DNA of 64,000 nucleotides, taken from NCBI GenBank assembly GCA_035084275.1, contig CM068750.1, positions 14,260,001 to 14,324,000 on the forward strand, read 5' to 3'. Numbering within the stretch: position 1 is the first letter of the stretch; every line of letters begins with the position of its first letter. The notes under the pieces were generated by a model. The model did not search any database, was not told the origin of the DNA, and was given only the letters and a program-made list of their open reading frames with translations. The DNA comes from Hydrolagus colliei. Its lineage: Eukaryota. Shown one piece after another: positions 1 to 13,615 of this stretch. The position numbers and the translations under genes were made by a program.

Positions 1-149
1 TGGCGCTTTTCGTGTCAGGACGACATCCCAAGGCATTGGATAGTCAGGGACCTGCACAGCTATGAATTTGGTTTTCTGGTGGCTTTGGAGGTGAGAGGCT
101 ACGTACATCTCAGGCGTGAATTGTCCTGGCTAATACCCGTCCCAGAAAA

Positions 150-579
150 AAGTGGTCATTGACTGTTCCATTATTTGTAGGACGTTGCTGTTCGTAAATT
201 GGCTGCCTCATTCATCTACAAAACACACAAGCACTGCATTTTACAGTAAACCAGTGGCTTCCAAACTTTAAATAGGGGCGCACCCCACCCCCCCCACCAA
301 CCCACCACCCAGCTAACTCAGCAAAGTTTTCATTGCGCCCCCTTCCTTCACACTCGGCTCCACAAACTCGGCTCCTCGGCTCCACACACATGGGTCATCG
401 GCTCCACACGCACTTGGGGGCTCGAGGCTGTAAAGCTCCGCGCCCCCCCAGCCAACGGTACGCGGCCCCCAAGAGAGGCGCGCCCCAGTTTGGAAACCAC
501 TGCAGTAAACCCTGTGAAGTACCTTTGAGATATGCTGACATGAAAAGTGCTGCATCAAATGCAAAGATTATTATTATTA
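150..579 (+). mobile_element. SINE 3' half interrupted by the hAT MITE
   Basis: gttgctgttcgtaaattggctgcc ... tgtgaagtacctttgaga ... aaatgcaaagattattattatt, contiguous once 252-510 is removed. Confidence 0.8.
252..502. mobile_element. Non-autonomous hAT (Charlie/Buster-type) MITE
   Basis: 16-bp TIRs CAGTGGCTTCCAAACT / AGTTTGGAAACCACTG (15/16 match); perfect 8-bp TSD CAGTAAAC at 244-251 and 503-510 with central TA. Confidence 0.92.
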
Positions 580-824
580 GTCCTCTTTAAACACATTCTG
601 AGATTTCCTCCTGACCAGAAAGGTGCAGTATTAATGCAAATTGTATTGCATTGTAAAAACTAATGGAATCAATCAAAATTTTGGCCGTAATTTGGTTTGC
701 ACAAGCAATTTGCTTCATGCATTTCTAGAAACAAAATAAACGGAAAACCTGGGGTCTTATAATTTTTAAGAACAAAAGGAAAATTGGATTTCAGACAATA
801 CATTGTAAGTTAAACTGCAGTTTA

Positions 825-1025
825 ACAACAACAACTTGCACTTATGTAGAGCCCTCCAACTTGCACTTATGTAGAGCAGCATCTTAGAACGTTCAATATG
901 GAGGAGCCTGACTCCAAGCCAGGGGTGGGTGAAAAAGGAAGAATTTAGGGCAGGACTTGAAAAAAGTGATCGAGGGGGCAAGGCAGAGAGAACGAGGGAG
1001 AGTGTTCCAAAGTGTCAGGGTGCTG
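825..1025 (-). mobile_element. L2 LINE 3' fragment (degenerate)
   Basis: (CAA)n tail and purine-rich L2 3' region on the plus strand. Confidence 0.65.
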
Positions 1026-1084
1026 TGGCAGGGAATAAACACACCACTTGTTTATGTTTCTATTATAATTGTCGATAGTGGCCA

Positions 1085-1289
1085 TCCCGAAGTCCTTCTG
1101 CCTTGCCCCCTCCCTGGTCTCTTTCAAGTCTCGCCTCAAGCCTCTCCTCTTCGATGGACCCATTGGCAATTCCTTGCTACCCCCCACACCCCACCCTATC
1201 CTCAGCTTGGGTCTGAAGCAGTAACTGTCCAGTGCCTTGGGGCGTCCTCCTGACTTGAAAGGTGTTATACAAATGTAATTTTGTTGTTG
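1085..1289 (+). mobile_element. L2 LINE 3' end
   Basis: ttcaagtctcgcctcaag ... cagtgccttggggcgtcctcctgacttgaaaggtgttatacaaatgtaattttgttgttg. Confidence 0.85.
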
Positions 1290-1649
1290 AATCTCAGCGA
1301 CGGAAATAAAATTGCTTTCAGGTGTTTGTAACTGAATATCAATTTATTGGTAACTGCAACAGTGAACAATAAAATATTAGGAATTCTAGTACCAATCTAA
1401 ACTTCAAAGGAATTAATAACCATAGCATGTGGGCTGTTAAACACCTGGCATTGGATAACAGAGACTTTGCATCAATCTTTTTATTCTTAAGAAACAAGAT
1501 TTTTGGTCTTATATCGTACAGTATTCATTATCTTCCTTCCCCCTTCCGTGCAAGCGTTCCTCCTCGGTAGAGAGAAAATTGCAGCTCAGCCAATGGACAT
1601 CCACAAAGATAACAATAGTACTTTAGGCAGCCCACCACAACAGACACAT

Positions 1650-1925
1650 AACAACATAAAAAAATTATTTGTATAGCGCCTTTCACGTCGGGAGGATGTC
1701 CCAAGCCGCAGAGCAGTCAGTGTTCTGGACACAAGCTGGGATTGGGATCAGGGAGGATGGAGTGAAGTGTGGGTAAGGAGGGTGACCGATGGCATGGTCG
1801 AAGAGGAGAGTCTTGAGGTGAGACTTGGAGGCTAGGGAGAGAGCGAGGTGGAGGCATTGCGGGATGGAATTCCAAAGTTTTGGGGCAGAATGGTTGAAGG
1901 CTCACCCACCAATGGTGGGGTGGGG
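1650..1925 (-). mobile_element. L2 LINE 3' end
   Basis: Reverse complement of the same L2 tail and ORF2 end. Confidence 0.85.
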
Positions 1926-2059
1926 GATGCCCATGAATGAATGGGAGGGACCCTCTGAGGCCTCTTTCCCTAACCTATAAAACAAAAGGATTTCCAGTAG
2001 ATTGCAATCTCCTGTAACTTGCCTAGGCTGGCACTATTCCCACACTTGCTCTACTCTCC

Positions 2060-2378
2060 AATTATTCAGCATTGGTGGCAGTTCCCAACCACTCTCATGC
2101 TGTTGGAGTCAGTCTTGTTGTCCCCACTCGCAAACTCTGTCCCACAGGTCCTTTGCCTCACACCTTCCCCCTCACGACTTCCCTTGCCTCTTTTGAAGTC
2201 TGTTTCAAGACCTTCCTCTATGACCGTGCCTTTGGTCATCTTACCACCCCCACTCTGTTCTCGACCACGCCTCCCAAATTCCAACCCTGGCTCAGGTACA
2301 ACGGCCTCGATTGTCCAACACTTGGTAATGTCCTCCCAACTGAACGTTGCTACATTCAAATACAATTTGTAGTGTAGT
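2060..2378 (+). mobile_element. L2 LINE 3' end (older copy)
   Basis: ttcaagaccttcctctatgaccgtgcctttgg followed by a decayed tail. Confidence 0.75.
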
Positions 2379-2904
2379 CTGCTTTTAGTAATCATCTGTC
2401 ATTGTACTGTACAGTACTAAGCATTTCCTTTCACACATGGTGAACTTAATGGAGCAATTTATGGCACTTCAAACATTTGCTTTGTGTTTGTCTTTGTGGT
2501 ACTCCAGGTAAAAGGTTGTGACATACCAACTAGTCTGACTGCCGGGAAATGAGCTGAGATCTAAAAAGGTGAATGTCCTGAACTGTTCTTCACCCCTTCG
2601 ACTCACAGACAAAAGTTATAAACAAAAGTTCAATGGTTCATGTTGATAACTATTTCTGGTGGTTTTACACTTGTTTTATTGACCAGTCGGGTTGCCTTGA
2701 AGTCCAGTGCTTCATAAAACCTCTCCTTTTTTTTGCGTGTGACAAATGAAAGGAGGTCAGAAGAGTTCAGGAACACAGCGAGCAATGGCCTATGCTCTGT
2801 TGATGATTCATGAAATACAAGCAGAAACATGTGGACAACATACCTAAAATTAAAAAAAGGCTTACAGGTCCAAAGACCTTTAATAATAAATCTGTCTTTG
2901 TAGC

Positions 2905-2990
2905 AGAAGCTTACAGCACAGAAACAAGCCATTCAGCCCACCTGCCATTATTCCCCACAAGAACTAACTAGTCTATTCCCACTCTCCAAA
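2905..2990 (-). mobile_element. CR1-like 3' tail
   Basis: ttacagcacagaaacaagccattcagccca. Confidence 0.55.
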
Positions 2991-3010
2991 GTCTTTAATA
3001 TTTTATATTG

Positions 3011-3063
3011 GCACCTTGGGACGTTCTCCCGCCATCAAAGGCACTATACAAATGTAATTTTGT
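3011..3063 (+). mobile_element. L2 tail-only insertion
   Basis: gcaccttgggacgttctcccgccatcaaaggcactatacaaatgtaattttg. Confidence 0.75.
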
Positions 3064-6000
3064 ATTATATTAAATATAAATATTAAATTTAAAGTATCCT
3101 CTTTAACTGCGTCTTAAGTCACCCTCCTTATGCTACCTGCCCCTCCACCCTCCTGATCCCAACTACTAGCTTGGTTCCAAATCCCTAACTAAGGAGATTA
3201 GATCATCCTTTACCGAAAAATCTAAATAAATAATGGGAAGAACAGAAGTTGCTCAAAAAAGGATATGTAGCAATGTCTGGGATGAGGAAGTAACTAAGCA
3301 CCACCTGAGATTATTACTGTGTAATATAAAGTGCTGATGTCAAGAAAGAAGAGAAGGTGAATTTTGAACCTCTTTAACCTCAACTACAGAATCATAGAAA
3401 TTACAGAAGGAAGTTGTTTGGCTGGGGCTGTAGCCTACATTGGAATTACTTGCTCTAATCCCAATTCCCTGCCCTTTTCCACCAAGGAGTTTGAAGAGAC
3501 AGGAGTGGGCTGCAGCATATCACAGTACATGTAGTGACAAGTGTGCTGTAGCGTCAGGGGAGAACAGCAGTGCAAGGCAACACCCAAATGGAAATACTAT
3601 GTGCATTTCCACCAAGGGCATTTTGCCTGTCCTATTCATAGCACAAGAGGAATACAGTTGAACACCTGCCCAAAACCAAATCCACCCCAATGACAAGCGA
3701 AACCGTTCCTTTTTAAAACAAGCACCAGCTCTGGCACTTACACTGCGGGAGATTGAGTTCGCAACAGAACAATATCATCCCTTGTTTGATTTTCGGAACC
3801 GCCCTATATTTTTTTTGCATTTTTCAAACATCTTGGGGTGGTGAGGGAGATAAAATAAACCGAATACTCAAAATATAGCTGCTTCGTAACTTCCTTCCAC
3901 TAAAACTCAAGGTGACCTTTAGATTTTTTTTGTAGTGAGTAGGGCATTCCCCAGTCACTGAGTCAAATGAGTCGTACCACAAACTGGGAACTTGGATTGC
4001 CTTGCAAATTATATCTGGGTCCCTAACCATTGTATACATGGAGCAATTATTTGCCTTTAGATACCGAAAAAACCTTGCAAATCCACCTTAACGAAGCTTT
4101 GTGCTCCCTGAGCATGTAAACAGGCTTTTGACACATTTGGCTTCCTGGGAGGGGCTTCAATGTTAATCCTGGGGGATGACTCACATGAAAGAATCTCCCT
4201 CGCCCTGAGCTGCCACTGAGGTTTCTCTTCTAGATGGTTTTACCTCAGCCAAGGTAGAACATTCTTTCCCACAAGCTAACCTGAAACCACACAATAAAGA
4301 ACAATGGTACCCTTGTGAGGATTAATTTGCACATTTGCATAATACATCTACCGAAAGGAAATGGGGTCAGCATTGTTTTCCAGAAAAACTCAACAATAAA
4401 TAATGGCAGTGCAAGTGTAAACAGTGTTGACGTGCCCTTGGAAACACAAATAGCTGCTGAATGTAGAGACAAGAGCATTTAATTTCCTTTCTCTAACCAG
4501 ATGTGTATAATGCGGATCATAAGCTTTAATTAATAGAGCGCACAGGTCACCCCCATCCGGTTGACTAATTTGTCAGATAGTGATGATTCAGCAGATTTCA
4601 AGTCAGTCTGAACGAAGAAATTCTATTATAGAAATCTTTCTCTCGCTTTCCCCGCGCAAGTGGTTGTGAGCCAGAATGCGGACAATGAATTGGCCCACTT
4701 CTGACCTTGCCTTCAGTCATTCTAATTCTTTGCCTGTCATAGCTTGTAGCTTCACATCCTACTGCCTCCTGCTTCTCATGAAAGATTAATCGAGTGAGCC
4801 GTCTCACAGGTGGTCACATGATACGATTCGAAAGGCAGAGGATCCACATGAGCCACTAGAATGACAAGCAGCAGTATGAAGGGCTTTGACTTTAATTACA
4901 TATGCTGCAGGGGATAAAGGGAGAAGCCAATGCCCATCCCTGGCTGATAAAGCACTAAAGCCTGCATGATGCAACTGGCAGCTCCTGTAAATCTGATGCT
5001 CTAATTGTGTCTGTAACGCCCCAAGCCAAGATGGCTCCCAGCCTTTGATGTAAACAAGTCTGAAATAATGAAAGCGCCTGCATTCCTTTTTGTTGGCGTA
5101 TCAAGGGAGTGACTCAAAAACATCTGAAGTCAAATTGCTGAACAAACCTTTGTAACATGGTTGGGCCCTGGTGTATTTCCCTTTTAAACAAACATGAATC
5201 AGTCTCATTGTTACCCTTGCAATGAAGTTTAAGCATTGATCAGGAAAGAGTTTTTAAAAAAACTGATAAGCCAACTGAAAATACTAGTGCGAGTGATATC
5301 AGCACTGCGATCTTTAATATAGATATGGAAGCTTTCTGCAAATTACAGCCAGAATTGCAACATTCTGTGCGCCCTTTACACATTTTAGCTGTCCTTTATT
5401 TCTGTTCTTTTGAGATTTTTCAAATTAAAAATCCTTCTGGAATTTTTCTACAGTCATTTAAAACTGCGTTACTTCCTTGTGTGTCTTTGCTTTTCATGGT
5501 TACCATACACTGAGTTCATTGTTATGAAAGCTTTAACCTTTACCTTGTGGAAAAACCCTGTGACCCCACACGGTTATTGTGCATCATTACCACACGATTA
5601 CTTATTCCCAGTTTTAATTTTTGCATTTGATTTCCCAGCTTTGATGCATCTCCCATTCATTCTCACAATTCAATTTCTTTCAGGTTCGTGTTCTCTCCCT
5701 CTCCCCCCACCCCACCACCCCAACCTTTTCTCTGTTATGTTGCGTTAATTGCTGTTCCTTCTGACCCCTCACATTTGTACCAGCCATTATGCATTCTTTG
5801 CAGATTGCAACTACAGCTCTGCAGATCTTGACGTCCCGGTGGTCAGCATATTGAACTCACGCTGCTTACACAGCAATACAGATTCAAGTTCCATCAATCA
5901 CCACATTTTAAGAGTAAACATTAGTGAGGAGTTGAATCTGTAGCAGCTGAAGCTACATTTACTCCACACAGCATTACAAAGCCATTCTGTATTACTGCCT

Positions 6001-6581
6001 GTTAATTGGAAGGACTCCAAATGGTGCAGATTTTGCTCTGCACTCCGCAGGAACACCTCAAGAAGTTGGTACAGAAATTGGCTGGGAGGGGGAGCTGGCC
6101 CCTTCACTAGCCAAGATAAAGCAAACTAAGCATGCTAGGAAATTCATGAACCGAATGCTTCAGTATTAGGCAGAAAAAAAATAAGTCATGCACAATTGTA
6201 CTTCACTGCCTAAGCATTCAATCCGTGAGCCGTACTGCAGCATTTTGGATAAAATAGATTAATGGTCCCGGATTTCGAAGGTTCAACACGGTGCCAGCCA
6301 AGCAGGATTGCCACCCATTCCTTTCATTAATTTCAAGAAAAACAACTCAGGTTTTATGGAAAGGTTAAAGGAATATTTTGCAATTCCAAGAGGCACAATA
6401 AATTCTGCCCTTGCTGTACATACTCTTGAAGCGTTAACCATAACATTCTGTGTAAAAGCTGAACTTATGTTTCTGTCTGTACTGTCTAGATATAATTTTG
6501 ATTAAATCCTACAGTACTGTAATGGAGAACCCTCCCCCACAAACCACCACCAAAATAAGTAATACATATCTGAACATACGA

Positions 6582-6643
6582 AGCTTTGGGATGTTCTCCC
6601 GACGTGAAAGGCGCTTTATAAATGTAATTTTGTTGTTGTTGTT
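6582..6643 (+). mobile_element. L2 tail-only insertion
   Basis: gctttgggatgttctcccgacgtgaaaggcgctttataaatgtaatt(ttg)n. Confidence 0.8.
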
Positions 6644-9600
6644 TTACAACCTTTACAGTAGACTTTAGAGGATTTAATGCTGAGGTTGAATCTCAACCAT
6701 GCCCCCCTCCCCCCCATTAGGATTTGTAACACGACGTGCAGTTCCAGTGTGGGTAGATGGGTGGGATTAGATGTAGCTCAAATTGGTCTAATTTTCCCAC
6801 CTCTAATAATATGACTGGTTGACTGGCAGAAATGATAGTTTCTCAATAACACTCGTGATCGAGCAGAACCTTAGAAATGCAAAGGGTCGAAATAACTGAT
6901 TAAATTGATTATTTGACAGTGGCTTAAAGGAATAACGCTTTAAAGAAATATGAGATTGTTCAGAAGAGTTATAGCCTACTAAAAAGTGGCAAAAGTGGTT
7001 TGATTTTAAATTATTAAAGTATATGTCAATCTAAAACAATTTATGGCGTAAAACACATTTCAAAATATGTTAGGGGGAGTGTAATCTGTCAATCCGGGTA
7101 TTGCGATTTATTAAGGCAGGACATTGTAGGTTTGTGAAAGGAAATTCAGCTCATTAAATTCACCACTCTGGCTAAATTTAATTCAGTACCATGCCTGACT
7201 TCTATCCAGAAGTCGTTCCTTCAAGCCATTTCCTTGTTTTTCCATTTGGACTTTCCAATTGAGTTGGCTGATGGACATTTACTGAAGTGTGAAAACAAAG
7301 GTCATTGATGTGTGGCTGAATGTTCCAACAAGCCCCACTTTGTTTAACGCTTTCAGTACCAGGATGGCGTTTGGCTCAATTTCACATTTGGCACTTGTTC
7401 CAGTTTAATTCAAGGAACCCTTCAAAAGCTTTGATTGTGTTGTAGTTTTGCCCTTGGTCGCTCAAATTATAATAATAATCACTACAGCATCACACTGTAG
7501 GCATCGGATGACAAAACCATTTTCTGAAAAAAACAGGAAGAGCTAACTAACACAAACACTCACTTTGGTTTCTTGATACATTTTGGACTCTGATGATGTT
7601 CAGAATTCCAATGTGAATCTATGCTGGTAGAATTCTAACTGTTTATTGTATCGGAGAGTCACTGAGGAATTAGGCTTTCCTGGAACTGCCTAAAACTAAG
7701 TCTACTCTTTCACCTTAGAAGAATGTACTGGGAATAGCTGTGCTGGATAGTGCCAGAAGTGTTATAAAAGCCCATCACTGCTTAAATGTCAGCAGTTTAT
7801 TGACATTGTTCACTGTTTCCTTATTTCCCTGTATAATAAAATTATACTAAAACAATGAAACAAGTCATATAAAATGGCTACAGTTTATTTCTTGTTACCC
7901 CTAAAAATCTTAGAAAGATGAAAGCGCATTTCTGTTATGAATTATGACTCACCATTTTATTGTTCTTTACAGCTTGCTTTCATTCGTCAAAAAAATGCAA
8001 TTCACATCAGCATCCTACCTACCAGAATTGTTATTGAATTAAAATCATAACGTAAATGACATTTGACTAAACCAGGCGTTGTCTAACTTTTTGCTGGTGA
8101 ACCTATCACATGAATATCCATGAAATGCTTCAAATACCATGCTACATGCTCAAAGCTTGTCAAATAAATGTTGATTGAGTGTTCGCAAAGTTAAACCACT
8201 GCATGAATCATAAACACGGTCGAACAATAAAGTGAGAATTTAATAAACCAAAAAACGAATTACTCAACTGACATTAAATGCAGAGAGACAGCCCCTCAAA
8301 AAGGTACAAGTAACAGTGCATTAAACCAGTCCACTTTTATGTTGACTTACTACATTTTATTCAAAGGAGACTCTCAGGTCTTGAAGCATGGGAAGGTTCA
8401 GTATTACACTGGAAAGTACTCTGCAACAGTCTTACATAATTTGATCAAAAACACTCTAAACCAGCAAGGTGGCCCTGCAAAACACTCTTCCAGAATACAC
8501 TACCTTAATTAAATAAGATACCTGAAAAACGTATTCAGATTAGGTTAACTTTGCTCAAAAAGCCAACCTAATTGGTGTAAAAGGCATCTTTGAATTTGTA
8601 CCCTGAGGAATTCAGGTGGTGGCTACACTGCTTTCAGGCAACTGGTTGTTTTTCTATGGAGTTGCTTTCAAACACTATTCCATAATTATCGCACAAGTGG
8701 TTTCCGATATCTGCACAACACCCACTTTAGGCTGTGCTGTGTTTTCACAAAGCTCAGTTCCATGGTCCTAACAGTAAAATTATCAGCTCAACCCTGTGGA
8801 AATATGAAACCAGGAATGCTCTAGGAAAAAAAAGCACTTGTGTTATAAAGGGAAATGTAGAATGCTTAATATACTGTGGTAACCCTTCACCTTAACTGTT
8901 GCTTTCGACTGAATTATTAACATTATGTATCTTTTCTTCATGAAAAAATGTTGCATGAAGTCGCCAAATCATCAATGTTTTATAGATTATGGCACCACTG
9001 TGGCTTTAAAGCAACACTCTATAGTTTTCTCTAGACCACACTACAATAGTTTGTTTGCCTATCGCCCTCATTCTCCTAAACAATTTTGTAAATGTCACTG
9101 TTTTTGAGTTATGCAACAATAAACTTCTTTCGAAGGAGAAGAATATGAAATTTGGTAGTCACACTTCTCTTTTAGAATGAATTTGGAGGGGGCAGCAATC
9201 TTCTGCAATTGGAATGTATTGCTTTGAATGCTGTTCTCCTAAAAAAATTATCGCAGTCATTAGAACAGCCCAATATATTGAGCGAAGACAAATGGGACTC
9301 TATCTTATCTGTGTCGTGCTAAGGTCGAATTCTCTATGCATCACAGCTCAGGAACAGAACTACACAGTGGAGCTCCGTTATAAGAAGGCAGTTGGTGGTC
9401 TATAATATCTCAATCCACTTTATAACTGTTGCAATTGCTGGTCAGCACTTCTGCATTCATTCCACAGGCTGGCTTCATGCTCTAAAAAAAAGACCACATT
9501 TAGAGTCATCAGGTCACCGCTATCACTTCCTGCAAAAAGCGATTTCAGCAATTACCCGATGACCCGAAGGTTTGTCTTTTTTTTAAGCACACTAGAAGCT

Positions 9601-11206
9601 GGTCGCCTTATACGAGAGCCAGTATTACAAAGCATTACTTTATAATGTAGTTGTACTGTATGTCCAGTTGTTAATAAACATCAGTTACCAAATCCTGAGG
9701 GGTTGTAATGTTTTGGGGTTTCTTTTGACGTTCGAAGTAACCTACCAAATGCCAACCATATTTGAGCAATGTACAAAGCTTGATTTGGGAGTCATTGTAC
9801 CTTCAATGAAACACATGAAGTGTACCAAGAATGAAACGTATTTGGAAGAATCTCAATGTAAAACCTAACAAGCTTTCTATATTTGGAAGGACAGTGGAGC
9901 ACATAGATCAAATTCCCTTTACAAATTTAATAAGGGTGCATCTTCTGATCCAAGTAACATACATTTTTCCAGCAAAAAAAAACCTACCACTACTTGTGAC
10001 TTAGTCTGAATGAGATTGTCATTCAGCTGTAACATTTCACCTACAATGCTGTCTTGTCAGTACTCAATGACCCAAGCCGGTGTCTGAGAAACTCTTTATT
10101 TTTCTCGCAGTACTAACTGAAAAACTTCTACCTTGGGGCCATAAGTAGGGGCGATTGAAACAAGCCACTTGCAATACAGTTCAGCCCATTGATAGTGCAG
10201 TATCCATTCTGAAATGTGCAGCAAATTTTCAACCCGTATACTTCTGTTCAAAATAAGTTGTTTTTAATACATTTACTGGGGCTTATTGGTTTCTCTTAGA
10301 CAAATTCAGTCATAACATTTTCAAATTCTATATCTGTGACTGAAGTATACAAACAGAAACACTATTGTTCAACTGCAGATTACGGTCATTCTTCAGTTGT
10401 CCTTTTATACAGCATTAGATAGATTGTGTGTTCTTATAGGTTATGTTCACTAATAGAACACAATCTTACATGCCATGAATCTCACTTTCTCTAATCAAGC
10501 GTGATTATGGTTTGTTAGCAAAATATTCAAACGTTACAAAAGCTCCAAGAGGGGAAGGAATTATGGAAGCAAAAGAAAAAAAAGAAGTGCTCTGATTGTT
10601 AATTCAAGTTTATAAACGGGATATGGGGAGGGGGCAGTCTTTGCTTCTCGTGTTTATGTTTAAAGGGGTTAGAAAGCACTGCCTTAGCCCTGAGCAGAAT
10701 ATCTGCCAAAAAGAAATGTTTCGGATTGCATATTACCAGTCAAGAGGCCCCAGGCATTGAGAGATATTGCTGACATCATTGTCTGTAAATGGTTCTCTAT
10801 AAAGCTCAGCTAATGCAAATGGAATGCAATAACCCTATCATCCAGACAGTGCACTGCGGCTTTCAATGGAGGCACAGACACACACACATACAAACACACC
10901 ATCATCCACTTACACTAAAACACCAACCATTGTGTACCATTACCGGAATCGGTACCTTCTAAAACAATTAAAACCCCAGAATCCTGCAAATGCTACTTTC
11001 AGGAGCCTGATGGAAACAAACGCCCGTGTACGAGAAGCTAATTACCCAATGCCCTTGCTGACGCTGTTCTATCCTTGGATTCGTAAATGAATCAATTCTT
11101 TCTGAAAGACTGGTTGCCAGAAGCAACAATACGCTCAATGATACGGCAGTCAAATCTCCATCGCCGGCTCTGTTTTGTGCATTTTAAAAACAGAACATTA
11201 AAGCCA

Positions 11207-11229
11207 GACACACACACACACACACACAC
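11207..11229. repeat. (CA)n microsatellite
   Basis: Seen directly. Confidence 0.95.
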
Positions 11230-11494
11230 ATAGGCACATAAAAGAATTAGATGATTTAACATTTGGAGATTCTTAATTTGTAGACAGTGTACCAGTACAT
11301 TATTGTATTCGCATGTGTTAGTGAGTACATTAGAGGCAGCCAAAATTAATCACAGATTTTAATTTTTTTGAATACTATAAGATGCCACACATAATTATAC
11401 ATAGAAACAAATGAAATACAGTACTAGGAATGTTGTAAATATTAAAGGAGTTTTTTCCAATGCTCTAGGCAACCATCCTCTGGATAAAACCAGT

Positions 11495-11662
11495 TGTTTC
11501 GCCTCTTGGCTGCTTGTGGGACATCGTTGTGTGCAAATTGACTGCAGCGTTCATCTATAATACACTGTCACAACACTTGCAGAAATCTTGTGAGGCTCCT
11601 CGAGATATTTCCAAGATGTGATAAGGATAAATCAAATGAAAGGATTATTACTATTACTATTA
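11495..11662 (+). mobile_element. SINE 3' half
   Basis: ttgtgggacatcgttgtgtgcaaattgactgc ... aaggattattac. Confidence 0.75.
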
Positions 11663-11671
11663 TAAATGCAG

Positions 11672-11740
11672 TGCAGGGTCACACTTGAAATGTTAACCCA
11701 TCCTTCTCCTTTTCAGGTACTGACTGACCTGCTGTGCATA
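11672..11740 (+). mobile_element. Penelope-like pLTR fragment
   Basis: tgaaatgttaacc ... tgactgacctgctgtg, similar to 46640-46695. Confidence 0.5.
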
Positions 11741-12099
11741 TACCTCATTCCAATCACACCATTCATTATCATGCCTTAGACATTTTCCTGAATCCACTCC
11801 GCCAGGAAATGGTTCCAAACTGAACACTAAGGATTAGCAGTAAGATATTTCAAGCATGCAGCTGAGAGCCTTAATTAACCATTGTGACCTACTTTGCCCT
11901 TTGAAAAATGTAAGCTGGTAGAATCTGCAAGATGCGGATCTTGTTCCTACGCATCGGGGTCTAATTTTCTTCACGGGCTTCCTGATAAGAAATGTAAGCA
12001 TTTAACAACATCTCTAAAATACCAGATGTGAATGCTAACAATTAAAAAATCTGACCCAGGCTTTGACTCTCAGGAGGATGTGGGATCATAATACTGTAA

Positions 12100-12197
12100 T
12101 ACTAATAATCCTCACATTTGATATAGTGCCTTATTACGCCTTCGAAACGTCACAGAGCGCTTCACAGAATACACTGGAAAGTGAATTGGCTGTCTAT
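12100..12197 (-). mobile_element. SINE tail
   Basis: aatcctcacatttgatatagtgccttattacg ... agcgcttcacagaatacactg. Confidence 0.8.
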
Positions 12198-12198
12198 T

Positions 12199-12406
12199 TG
12201 ACCATGGGGGGTGATTGCACCCCAGCCCGATCCTGTCCTGAACCAACATGCAATCAGGTGCACCTCTAGTGGGGATCATTGGATTATGAACAGGAGTGGG
12301 AATATTGGCTGATTTTTGTTTCCCTAACTCAGGGAACAAGGGTCGAGGCCAATTAAGGCTCGCAACTGCTGCCTCGGTTGAGATTAGCTAACAGCTAACA
12401 GACTGG
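12199..12406 (-). mobile_element. Ancient tRNA-SINE (LmeSINE1c/AmnSINE2-like; name tentative)
   Basis: cagcccgatcctgtcc, tggctgattttt, gaggccaatt and gagattagctaac are shared with other copies in the window. Confidence 0.65.
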
Positions 12407-13515
12407 AAGTGGGAAAATAATCAATCGAATCTGGGATGTCAGTTTTTGCCTGAGAGATCAGGGGAGCCTGTTTGGAACTCAAAATTCTTTTTTAAAAATA
12501 CATACTGACTACAAGAAATTGAAAGCCCAAATATGTTTTTTTTTGCCATTCATGAAACAGGCTAACACACTCAGGTCTGCAGCACTCAGGAGCTACAGTA
12601 ACAATCAGGCTTGCTTGCGAAAATAAAAATAATATTTCACAAGGGGATATTGAGCATCCCCTTCCCGATTTATTTACTTGAATATGATTTTTCCTTCGGT
12701 AAACACAGCTGCTTGCTCTTTCCAGCAGTTAGTTACCAGTGATACTTCTTGGACTGAAATGGAGGAGGGAGGAAGGGTAGAAACAAACACCTGGTCCCCA
12801 GTCATTCCTTTTGCATAGCACCACTGCACAACTCAGTACTGTAATAGGAGCTCCATTATTAACAGCCTGTTTACATTCAACGTAGTTCAACCCTTGTGAA
12901 ATGCTGAACCAATTTGCCAAGAAATATTGCGCTTGGATCAGCAGGCGTTTTGAAGCACATGAGAAACTTGCTTGGTAGGAGCACTGGGTTAAGCTATGGA
13001 CCTTTAAAGTCAGTTTTTTTTTATGACGCCCAACATCGTTGTCCAAAGAAACCCCAAATTCTCTCGCATTTAATATTTTTCCAGTTTCTAGGTATGTGTG
13101 ACTTTTTCAGATCTGCCGATTGAGGTACCACCAAGCGCTCTGGGACGCTACTCTGCCTGAGCGCAACTACATGAATACAAGTTGTTGTTGAGGTACAATA
13201 TGTATGCTCACAGATGACCTCAGCGCAGTGCTGAATGCACGTAACACAATTCCAATGTCTCCTAGTTACAGTACTTAGTGACAGAATCATTTGCTACTGT
13301 TGCTTACAATCCAAGAGCATCAGAAAGGGGCTGCTTGGAGTCAGGCCGTTAAATACTTGATGATTACCTTTAGCAGCAGGTTAAAAAAATCGACAGAGAC
13401 CACAAAATCAGAGATAGATTAAAAAACATTTTTTAACCAAATTTACCCAGGCTTTGTTTTGAGTCAATGAGCAGATTCTTACTGTGTTGCTTTTCTCTCA
13501 CTTTGTGCATAGTCA

Positions 13516-13615
13516 TAATAATCCTTGCATTTGATATAGCGCCTTATCACGTCATTAAGATGTCTCAAAGTGATTCACAGAATATACTGTAATGTGAATT
13601 GACTATATTTTTTGG
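13516..13615 (-). mobile_element. SINE tail
   Basis: ataataatccttgcatttgatatagcgccttatcacgtc. Confidence 0.85.

Noticed and set aside
353-405. CRISPR-like repeat-spacer pattern
   Set aside because: 8-9-nt repeats with irregular tiny spacers inside a MITE in vertebrate DNA; no cas genes
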